From Pseudodesulfovibrio piezophilus C1TLV30 (GTDB lineage Bacteria > Desulfobacterota > Desulfovibrionia > Desulfovibrionales > Desulfovibrionaceae), in the NCBI RefSeq assembly GCF_000341895.1, contig NC_020409.1, positions 960,001-992,000 on the forward strand: a stretch of 32,000 nt of DNA. The letters run 5' to 3'. Under the pieces are notes generated by a model, which was not told where the DNA came from, did no database searches, and worked only from the letters and a program-made list of their open reading frames with translations. Below are positions 1-6,890 of the stretch, piece after piece (the first letter of the stretch is position 1; the number at the start of each line of letters is the position of its first letter). Both the position numbers and the translations under genes were made by a program.

Positions 1-162
1 CCGCTGACGAATGAAGTGTGCGTGAAACATGAAACCAGTTTCACTGAAACTGCGATCCAAATAGGATCCATGTTAATCCCGCTGTTGGCTAGCGCCATCA
101 ACATTTTTTTCGGAAGCTAACTCCTTCTGATTTTTTTTAACTGCTTCACTTGCTGGTGATTA

Positions 163-767
163 ATGCAAAAGCACAAATACCCGCTCTCTCAATCCCCCCT
201 GTATAAACTGAGAACTAAAAAGAAACTTGCGCTTCTTTTAGGCCAATCTCTTGACGACTTACAAAAACTAGCCTCAAGTAACGACAACTACAAAGTATAT
301 ACACTTTCTCCAAAGGGTAAGCTGGCCCACCCATACTTTTTAAAAAAAGAACGATTGGTTCAAGAAGTTCGACCACATCTAAAAAGTGTTCACGAACGAA
401 TTTTATCCCTATTAAAATGCGTAAAAACTTCTGATTATTTACACTCTGCGACTAAGGGAAAATCGCTACAAAACGAACGCGGAAACCCATCTCCCAAACA
501 AAGCCGCCAATAAAGTAGATATTAAAAGTTTTTATGAATCGGTAACATTTGGCCGCATCTACCATTTTTTCAACAGCACGCTAAAGTGCAACGCAGATGT
601 CGCACATCTTCTTACAAGATTATGTGCTTTCAAAAGGACTTTACCCACAGGGTCATGTATTAGCCCACTACTTTCATTCTGGACAAATGTTGGCATGTTT
701 GACCAGCTTTCCACTTTTAGCAAATCACACAACCTTGCCATGACCTTATACGTCGACGACGTAACTT
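163..767 (+). pseudogene. Retron-type reverse transcriptase, 5' two-thirds (frameshifted near 466, then cut by an IS inside the YVDD box)
   Basis: ORF 163..513 (frame 1) reads ...DYLHSATKGKS, then runs into nonsense and a stop. Shifting +1 at about c466 gives frame 2: YKTNAETHLPNKAANKVDIKSFYESVTFGRIY...RTLPTGSCISPLLSFWTNV...LAMTLYVDDVT, ending at 767. The NAxxH, D-I-K-x-F-Y-x-S, LPxG..SP.LS and YVDD signatures are those of a reverse transcriptase. Confidence 0.85.
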
Positions 768-828
768 AGAAGTGGGTTCACTTTATCGGACCACTGAGCG
801 GCGAATTTAAGGTGGACAGTTTTACGTG

Positions 829-1737
829 TTACGCCGCCTTGTGGGTCCATCCCAGAGGGGGTACCCCCTCTGGGATGGGACCGCTTTGATATATCTCCAT
901 CGGCTTGCGTCCGTCAAAGGTCTTATGAGGACGCCGATTATTGTAGAAGTTAAACCACCAGGCCAAGGCACTCCGCAGCTCACTTCCTGTCTCCAGTTCC
1001 CGCAAGTAGACACATTCGTATTTCAAAGACTTCCAGAGTCGTTCGATCATGACGTTATCCATCCAGCGTCCTCGGCCATCCATTGAAATGCGGATGCCAG
1101 CATCCCGCAGAGTCTTTGTGAATTCATAGCTGGTGAACTGGCTCCCCTGGTCTGTGTTGAATATCTCAGGTTCTCCATAACGGTTGATCGCATCCTCCAA
1201 AGCTACGACACAAAAGTCGGCCTCCATCGTATTCGACAAACGCCACGACAATACTGCCCGGCTATGCCAATCCATGATTGCCACGAGATACAAGAAGCCT
1301 CGTTTCATCGGAATGTAAGTAATGTCGGTACACCAAACTTGATTTGGCTTTGTGATCTTCATGTTCCGCAACAAATACGGATATATTTTGTGCTGTGGAT
1401 GAGGATCACTCGTCCTCGGTTTTTGGTAAATCGCCATCAAGCCCATCTTGCGCATAAGTCGTCTCACACGACCACGGCCAACCAGATGCCCTTCATCCCG
1501 CAGAATGTTGCGCATCTGGCGTGAGCCGAAAAATGGTAGCTCCATGAACAACTCGTCGATGCGTTTCATCAACTCCAAGTTATACGATGATTCGCCAATC
1601 GGCTGATAATAGTATGTTGAGCGTTGCAGTTTGAGGATTCTGCATTGTCGCCGGACGCTGAGTTGTGGATGCTCTTTGTCGACGACTTCACGCCTTCGCT
1701 CGCAGCTCAGATTTTGGCGAAGGCTTGTTGCAAAAAA
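829..1737 (-). CDS. IS3-family transposase OrfB (DDE integrase core), expressed as an OrfAB fusion by -1 frameshift
   Basis: The -1 frame opens at the slippery site: [46 protein letters not shown]... It continues as ...[11 protein letters not shown]...VAIMDWHSR...[10 protein letters not shown]...[10 protein letters not shown]...YNNRRPH, the rve/DDE pattern. Confidence 0.85.
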   Translation of the reverse strand, partial: FFATSLRQNLSCERRREVVDKEHPQLSVRRQCRILKLQRSTYYYQPIGESSYNLELMKRIDELFMELPFFGSRQMRNILRDEGHLVGRGRVRRLMRKMGLMAIYQKPRTSDPHPQHKIYPYLLRNMKITKPNQVWCTDITYIPMKRGFLYLVAIMDWHSRAVLSWRLSNTMEADFCVVALEDAINRYGEPEIFNTDQGSQFTSYEFTKTLRDAGIRISMDGRGRWMDNVMIERLWKSLKYECVYLRELETGSELRSALAWWFNFYNNRRPHKTFDGRKPMEIYQSGPIPEGVPPLGWTHKAA

Positions 1738-1994
1738 TCCTTCTCGATCAGAAGTTGGCCGATCTTAGCGTGCAGATCCTTGATATGTGCATCGTCCATT
1801 TGCTGGCTCTTCTCTGCCTTGCCAGAAAATGACGCGACAATACCTTCTTTGGCTTGTCGTTTCCACGTGGATATCTGGTTGGTGTGAACTCCATACTTGC
1901 TGGCCAGCTCGGAAAGTGTGTGCTCGCCAGACAAAGCGTCGAGGGCTACACGGGCTTTGAATTCAGCAGTAAATCTTCTTCTCTTCTTGGACAT
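1707..1994 (-). CDS. IS3-family transposase OrfA (HTH DNA-binding part)
   Basis: MSKKRRRFTAEFKARVALDALSGEHTLSELASKYGVHTNQISTWKRQ... is a typical IS3 OrfA. The ATG at 1994 is preceded by GAAGGAGG 6 nt upstream. The track ORF start at 2018 is probably too far upstream. Confidence 0.85.
   Translation of the reverse strand: MSKKRRRFTAEFKARVALDALSGEHTLSELASKYGVHTNQISTWKRQAKEGIVASFSGKAEKSQQMDDAHIKDLHAKIGQLLIEKDFLQQAFAKI
1731..1737 (-). promoter_or_regulatory. Candidate programmed -1 ribosomal frameshift heptamer T TTT TTG linking orfA and orfB
   Basis: On the minus strand GAT TTT TTG is the orfA frame and TTT TTT GCA is the orfB frame. This fits the X XXY YYZ form, and orfB is open exactly from here. 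Confidence 0.6.
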
Positions 1995-2064
1995 CGAAAA
2001 GCCTCCTTCGGCTATCATATGTCCACCTTATACTGTGGTCCAGTTTCTTAGACCCACTTCTCTT

Positions 2065-2437
2065 TTTCTGGTCAAAAACTATCAAAAGAAACCAGCTTCA
2101 ATATCGATAAGATTATCGCCAGCTATGGATACAAACCCCATAAACAGCGTCTTTACACAGGCAATAAAGCAAAAGTCATTACAGGACTTGCCTTGTGCAA
2201 TAACAGGCTGGATATTCCCAACAAGCGGCGTGGAAAAATACGAGTCATGATTGAAGCAATAAACGCAGAAAAGAATGCAGATAAAAAAGAGAAGTTATGC
2301 AACTCTCTTGTAGGAATGACCTACGAAGCGGCCCAGTTCAACTTGGGATTCGCACGAAAGATAGCAAGGCAGATAAGGAAAAGATGCCCTGCACGCGACA
2401 ACAGGTGTCTATATAAGCAAAGCCCCCTTTCGGGGGC
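2065..2437 (+). pseudogene. Retron-type reverse transcriptase, 3' part (continuation of 163..767)
   Basis: Joining t767 to 2065 (removing 768..2061 plus one CTT copy) restores YVDDVT-FSGQKLSKETSFNIDKIIASYGYKPHKQRLYTGNKAKVITGLALCNNRLDIPNKRRGKIRVMIEAI... in frame. This is the same frame as track ORF 2193..2498. The VITGL region resembles the retron VTG signature. The ORF now reads into the IS1182-like element at 2438. If 2438..4016 is excised, the frame would stop at 4039..4041. Confidence 0.8.
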
Positions 2438-4011
2438 TCAGACTGCTGACAAACCCTCGCCTTTTGGCGAGGGTTTTCTTATACTATTTTTATGCTGAAA
2501 ACGCCTAAAGACCAACAAGTAAAGATGGAGTTTGTTTCGATCAATGACCTGGTCCCACAAAACCATCTTCTTCGAAAAATTGCCAAAGTCATAGACTTTT
2601 CCTTCATCCGCAAACGCACCAAGGAGCTGTACTGCGAAGACAATGGACGACCAGCCATTGACCCGGTAGTGCTCTTCAAAATGCTGTTTATTGGCTACCT
2701 GTTCGGAATCCGTAGCGAGCGACAACTCGTGAGAGAGATCGAGGTCAACATGGCTTATCGATGGTTCCTCGGATTTGGCTTGCAGGACAAGATTCCCAAT
2801 GCCTCGACCCTCAGCCAGAACAGGCGGCGCAGGTTTAATGGAACCAGCGTTGCCCAAGACATTTTTGATGGGATCGTAGTTCAGGCCATGCACAAGAATC
2901 TTGTTGGTGGGCATACGCTTTACACCGACTCAACTCATCTCAAGGCCAATGCGAACAAGAATAAATACAAGGAAAAGCAGGTCAGTAAAAGCACAAAATC
3001 CTACCTCGGCGAACTCGATGAAGCCGTGGAGGAAGATCGACGTGAGCATGGTAAAAAGCCGCTAAAAGTACGATCTGTCGAGCCTGAAGAAAAGCAGATC
3101 AAGCAAAGTACGACCGACCCTGAAAGCGGTTATATGGTCCGAGAAGGTAAGCCCAAAGGCTTCTTTTATCTGGATCATCGCACGGTAGACAGCCGCTGCA
3201 ACATTATCACCGACAGCCATGTGACCTCGGCGGCCTTGCACGATAGCGTGCCGTATCTGGAAAGGCTAGAAAGGCAGATTGATCGGTTCGATTTTTCAGT
3301 GAAAAACGTAGGACTTGATGCCGGATATTTCACACCACATATATGCAAGGCGCTGATAGAAAAAGATATTTATGGTGTCATTGGCTATCGTCGGCCACCT
3401 CGTCGCAAAGGAATGCTCCCCAAACGGCTGTACCAATATCAGCCTGAAACCGATTGTTATATCTGCCCAGAGGGTCAAAAACTTCACTATGTGACAACGA
3501 ACCGAGAAGGGTATCGACAGTACGCTTCTTCGCCAGAACAGTGTCAATCCTGTCGACGACTTGGAGAATGTACGACGAGCAGAACTCACAAAAAGACAAT
3601 CAGTCGGCATGTTTGGCAGAACCATAAAGACTTGATCGATCAGCACCGCCTCAGCGAGTATGGAAAGCGGGTTTACGTCCGGCGAAAAGAGACCGTTGAA
3701 CGCAGCTTTGCCGATGCGAAAGAATTGCATGGGCATCGCTATGCCCGCTTCCGAGGCTTGTCTAAAGTGCAAGAGCAAAGTCTGCTTTCCTCCGCCTGCC
3801 AGAATATGAAGAAAATGGCTATGATGCTGGTTCCAATAGGCCTTTTGCATGCAATATTGTCATCATTTTTACGTCATTTCCGCTTGAGAGCCCTTTCAGG
3901 TGGTTCTTTCACGACAACAACCCAACAAAACAACCTTTTGGCGACGTGATAAAAAATCGAAGCATGAGAAAACCCCACTTTCAAAAAAAGTGGGGTTTGT
4001 CAGCGATCTGA
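2438..4011 (+). mobile_element. IS1182-family-like insertion sequence (about 1.57 kb)
   Basis: Terminal inverted repeats: TCAGACTGCTGACAAACCC at 2438..2456 against the reverse complement of 3993..4011 (TCAGATCGCTGACAAACCC), 17/19 identical. A subterminal hairpin lies inside each end. A 5-bp direct repeat GGGGC flanks it (2433..2437 and 4012..4016). It has a single long transposase ORF. Confidence 0.72.
2492..3949 (+). CDS. IS1182/IS5-superfamily DDE transposase
   Basis: The N-terminus reads ...INDLVPQNHLLRKI...GRPAIDPVVLFKMLFIGYLFGIRSERQLVREIEVNMAYRWFLGF (DUF772-like). The C-terminus reads ...RRKETVERSFADAKELHGHRYARFRGLSKVQEQSLLSSACQNMKKMA. The true start may be the ATG at 2525 (MEFVSINDLVP). 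Confidence 0.85.
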   Translation: MLKTPKDQQVKMEFVSINDLVPQNHLLRKIAKVIDFSFIRKRTKELYCEDNGRPAIDPVVLFKMLFIGYLFGIRSERQLVREIEVNMAYRWFLGFGLQDKIPNASTLSQNRRRRFNGTSVAQDIFDGIVVQAMHKNLVGGHTLYTDSTHLKANANKNKYKEKQVSKSTKSYLGELDEAVEEDRREHGKKPLKVRSVEPEEKQIKQSTTDPESGYMVREGKPKGFFYLDHRTVDSRCNIITDSHVTSAALHDSVPYLERLERQIDRFDFSVKNVGLDAGYFTPHICKALIEKDIYGVIGYRRPPRRKGMLPKRLYQYQPETDCYICPEGQKLHYVTTNREGYRQYASSPEQCQSCRRLGECTTSRTHKKTISRHVWQNHKDLIDQHRLSEYGKRVYVRRKETVERSFADAKELHGHRYARFRGLSKVQEQSLLSSACQNMKKMAMMLVPIGLLHAILSSFLRHFRLRALSGGSFTTTTQQNNLLAT

Positions 4012-4035
4012 GGGGCTTTCAGCCCCTCTTTAAAT
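4010..4035 (+). terminator. Terminator-like hairpin GAGGGGC-TTTCA-GCCCCTC followed by TTTAAATTTA
   Basis: A 7-bp GC stem (4010..4016 pairing with 4022..4028) is followed by a T/A-rich tail. The left arm is built from the last 2 nt of the IS plus the target duplication. Confidence 0.4.
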
Positions 4036-4088
4036 TTATAATGGTGCCCCTCGGCGGCAGGGGCGGTTCAGGCAGTCAAAAACCATTG

Positions 4089-4520
4089 TTACTGATTGTC
4101 AGGACGATGATCCAACACCCTTTGAGGGATTTCTGGAATCTTCTCCGAGCATATCGCCATAAGCTTTGTTTTGGCTGCCTCCCAAGTCTCTTCCGTGAAG
4201 AATAGCTGTGGAGGGGTTGATCGAGTGGTGCTGTCATACATGGTGATGACCTTCCCCTCCGAAAAGATCGGAAACATGTCGCCAAACCACTTGGCGCAGT
4301 GAGCATCAAGCTCAACACCTGCTTCTTGAGTCAACTGCACTTGGCATCCAACGACTCTACGCTCAAAGCTCTCTATATCAAACGCTAGCTCGACCATTAC
4401 CGACTCCACTTTATCACATGAAATGACAAAAGGCTCCGGCTCGCCAGCCAGTGATAAATTTGCTGAGACCAGCATCAGCGCCAAAAACGGGACCAAACTT
4501 AGCAAGCTACTACTCTTCAT
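4089..4520 (-). CDS. Hypothetical secreted protein (143 aa, N-terminal signal peptide)
   Basis: MKSSSLLSLVPFLALMLVSANLSLAGE... is a signal-peptide-like N-terminus. The gene overlaps the upstream gene by 11 nt, suggesting an operon. I recognised no family. Confidence 0.55.
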   Translation of the reverse strand: MKSSSLLSLVPFLALMLVSANLSLAGEPEPFVISCDKVESVMVELAFDIESFERRVVGCQVQLTQEAGVELDAHCAKWFGDMFPIFSEGKVITMYDSTTRSTPPQLFFTEETWEAAKTKLMAICSEKIPEIPQRVLDHRPDNQ

Positions 4521-5091
4521 ATTCTATCCAATACTGCACCACGGTGTTATCAGCACCCTTTTGAACGATCTGAATACTCCAAAGCACAGGTGTATCGGTC
4601 AATGTGCTGAAGGTAAAGGAAACATCCTTGGTCAATGTATGACTCGACCGGATGCCATCAAGATTTGAATAGACTTCGACTCCAGAAGCCAATGCACCAG
4701 TAATGTGCTTGATCCTGACTTTGACAAGACCCAAACCAAAGAACTGTTGAACAGCATTGCCCTCATAGCCTTCGATAAATTCACTGAGATAGCGCTTTTG
4801 CGGAATGTGCTCATGCTGACGAATGTCACACTTACAATTGGGGTGAGGCGGTTCCGGCTTCTCCATAAACTTTTTCCCCGCCATGGCCTGGCATTTATCG
4901 CACGCCTTCGCCTTTGGCTGCACGGTCCAGTAAGTGGTTTTCCCATTACTCTCTGAAGGCTGCCTATATGGCGGATCTCCGGGGACTGGTCTATTCTTCT
5001 GAGTGTTACCACCTGATACTCCAACCATGTGTTTGGGCATCCCGTAAACGAGCTGATCGTCACCGATATGCTGTGCCCACTGCTTCTTCAT
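4510..5091 (-). CDS. Hypothetical protein with MuF/SPP1-gp7-like C-x2-C...PHPNCKC motif and an unknown C-terminal domain
   Basis: WTVQPKAKACDKCQAMAGKKFMEKPEPPHPNCKCDI resembles the C-terminal core of the phage MuF head-morphogenesis domain. The ATG at 5091 has AAGGAGA 5 nt upstream. The track start at 5118 has a Shine-Dalgarno sequence only 1 nt away. Confidence 0.6.
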   Translation of the reverse strand: MKKQWAQHIGDDQLVYGMPKHMVGVSGGNTQKNRPVPGDPPYRQPSESNGKTTYWTVQPKAKACDKCQAMAGKKFMEKPEPPHPNCKCDIRQHEHIPQKRYLSEFIEGYEGNAVQQFFGLGLVKVRIKHITGALASGVEVYSNLDGIRSSHTLTKDVSFTFSTLTDTPVLWSIQIVQKGADNTVVQYWIEYEE

Positions 5092-5378
5092 AACTGTCTC
5101 CTTTTGGGGTTTGGCCATACCTCCGAAATGAAGGATTGGAGCTACCCTGTTATATTTGCGAAAAAGCGTAACATGGATTTTCGACTCACAATCCCCCGAA
5201 ACGCGTCAAGGTCGGCCAAATGTATTCTCATGTCGGCAAAAAACATGCTCATGCTGGTGAAAAACATGTTTCGTTCAACCGATTGTACTTGACAGCTTTT
5301 TAAGCCCCGCAAATCAACCGCCCGACCTGCCATCGAAACGGGCAGCCTGGGAGTATCCCCAGACTGCCTTGATTTTAC

Positions 5379-6191
5379 TTATTCAAAGAACTGACCGTTG
5401 CTGATGCTCACATTGGAACTTGCAGCAGGAGCGGCCTTTTCATTGGTTATGGTGATGAGACGATCTCCTCCTCTCTGTTGGTTCACTTTAATCCCAGAGC
5501 TTCGAAGAAAGCCCTTGCAGCGTGTCAGTCGTTTTCCGAGCGAACTTGGCGTTTGGGGCCAGAGCTTCAGCCGGGTGATACGTTCATCAACGACACCTTC
5601 CAGTGCCTTCTGCAGAGTAGCTGTATTTCCTTCCCAAGCAAAAGTATCTGACATGAGCGTAATGATCGCGTTGGCGACATGATCTGATTCCAGAGCACGT
5701 TCGATGGATTCGTCCTGATTGTTTCCGTAGGCTTCGAGGAACTCTCCCTTGTCCCAGTGAGGCATAGCCTCTTCAGCCGCCACACACCAATGGGTGAAGT
5801 CCGCCATTCTTGGCGGGTTTTCGACTTGGACGCTCTGTCTGTTCTTCAGGGCGCACATGACGCCATCGCACAAACCGCCAAGAATCTTGGGAGCGGCTGT
5901 ATCGAAAACGAAAGACAGTTGGGATTCTGTCATCCTGTGTCTCGGCCTGATTACCGGCAGCGTTACCCGAAGGCTCCGATCTGCCAAATCGTGACGGTCT
6001 GCGACCTGATCAATCCCGTTGAGGACGATGGGACGCATGATCGTAAACAGGGCCTCTTTATCGTTGGTGAACAACTTCCGGGCAGAGAAACTACCGCCTG
6101 TAGCCATGCGGCACAGGGCATCCGACAGCCAAGCCGGCACCCCAGAGAGGTTGTCCAGAGTCACAATCCAGGAGTTGTTCGCGGAGATGAC
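5379..6191 (-). pseudogene. Mobile-element replication/ATPase-like protein, C-terminal piece (piece 3 of 3)
   Basis: ...VISANNSWIVTLDNLSGVPAWLSDALCRMATGGSFSARKLFTNDKEALFTIMRPIVLNGI... resembles the post-P-loop region of primase/helicase-type ATP-binding proteins of integrative elements. This assignment is from memory. The frame is open up to the IS junction at 6191, and the only start is the internal GTG at 6164. Confidence 0.65.
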
Positions 6192-6409
6192 TAGGTTTTA
6201 TCGACATTCACTGAATCCACATTGTGATGGCAGCCAAGGCGATCAAACTACTGTAGTTTGAAGATTCCCTTTCATAACACTTTGCAATCCCTACGAATTA
6301 TCTAAAGGAATCGAATGTGCGTTCAATGGCATTACGTAACTTATATTGTTTACGATCATATGACCTTTGATACTTTCTGTGCTTCCGGGAAGGAATTACC
6401 CGCTTCGCC
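6132..6409. repeat. Direct repeat copy 1 (about 278 bp, roughly 95% identical to 8045..8321)
   Basis: Hand alignment covers 60 bp of the replication-gene fragment, a TA and about 216 bp of the IS5-family 3' end. About a dozen substitutions and one 1-nt indel separate it from copy 2. Confidence 0.9.
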
Positions 6410-6626
6410 GAGATCGTCTTTGCCTACGATGAGGGACCGCCCAAGGCGAAATGGGTCTACAAACTATTGTAAACGAAAAGGAGAGACATGGCTGCTCCCC
6501 TCTTTTCAAATTTGACTGGTTTCCTGATAAGTGAGGGCAACAACGGGTGGTTAATCCCTTACGAAAATCAGTCCGCCAGATGGCGATGCCGCCCAGCACT
6601 CACCATAACAAATCGATACGCCCGAG
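6194..6626 (-). mobile_element. Internally deleted, degenerate IS5-family element (about 433 bp remnant)
   Basis: The left end is identical to the 8107 copy (GGTTTTATCGACATTCACTGA...). The 3' transposase remnant carries a frameshift. Degenerate N-terminal codons read ...HLAD.FS.GINHPLLPS, the I..PLLP motif of IS5/IS427-type transposases. The right end ATCGATACGCCC (6612..6623) is identical to 8846..8857. Confidence 0.5.
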
Positions 6627-6649
6627 ACTTTTGCCTCGGGCGTATCGAT
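6612..6649 (-). terminator. Perfect 15-bp hairpin 4 nt downstream of the immunity-like gene; candidate intrinsic terminator
   Basis: ATCGATACGCCCGAG-(8 nt)-CTCGGGCGTATCGAT. On the minus strand it is followed by TTGTTAT. The stop of 6654..6890 lies 4 nt upstream on that strand. Confidence 0.5.
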
Positions 6650-6653
6650 GAAT

Positions 6654-6890
6654 CTAAAGGAAAGGGTAAGACAGGAGGATCAATGCCGCAAACGCACCAA
6701 TGATGATACATATGATCCCGTTGATAAGCTTCTCACGCGGGTTCAGGCCCTCATCTTTGTTGAACCACCGTTTCCATGAAAACGGGCGAAGGTCTGTATG
6801 CCGAGAGTAATACCACTCTCGTATGAAGACGACTCCACCAACAGAGCAAACAATGCTTGCAATAATCCAAAAGATGATACCTGCTATCAC
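6654..6890 (-). CDS. Small 2-TM membrane protein, putative immunity protein for the Rhs C-terminal toxin
   Basis: 78 aa with two hydrophobic helices (IAGIIFWIIASIVCSVGGVVFI and INGIICIIIGAFAALILLSYPFL). Its GTG start overlaps the Rhs TGA stop (GTGA), with AAGAGGA upstream. Confidence 0.6.
   Translation of the reverse strand: MIAGIIFWIIASIVCSVGGVVFIREWYYSRHTDLRPFSWKRWFNKDEGLNPREKLINGIICIIIGAFAALILLSYPFL

Larger units (their letters stand above)
768..2061 (-). mobile_element. IS3-family insertion sequence (IS407-like group), 1294 bp, apparently intact
   Basis: Imperfect 27-bp terminal inverted repeats: AGAAGTGGGT...GGACCAC at 768..794 against the reverse complement of 2035..2061, 19/27 identical. 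A 3-bp direct repeat CTT flanks it (765..767 and 2062..2064). It carries orfA/orfB with a slippery heptamer. Removing it restores the host RT reading frame. Confidence 0.9.

Noticed and set aside
1-120. Frame 1 is open from the window edge to the TAA at 118..120 (…NEVCVKHETSFTETAIQIGSMLIPLLASAINIFFGS). It may be the 3' end of a gene upstream of the RT, with a hydrophobic tail reminiscent of TM-type retron effectors.
   Set aside because: It is only 39 codons. An open stretch of that length is expected by chance about 15% of the time, and no motif is present. It cannot be supported without upstream sequence.
1897-2498. Track ORFs 1897..2250 and 2193..2498 listed as separate 117-aa and 101-aa proteins.
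   Set aside because: ORF 2193..2498 is the C-terminal part of the disrupted RT read from an internal TTG and running into the IS1182-like end. ORF 1897..2250 is an antisense or out-of-frame reading across the IS3 end. Neither is an independent gene.
6396-6703. Small ORFs 6396..6599 (-) and 6488..6703 (+) between the IS remnant and the immunity-like gene.
   Set aside because: They lie in degenerate IS sequence and span the terminator hairpin. Their composition is Arg/Ser/Cys-rich and they have no start context. The region is better explained as the decayed 5' part of an IS5-family transposase (the I..PLLP remnant).
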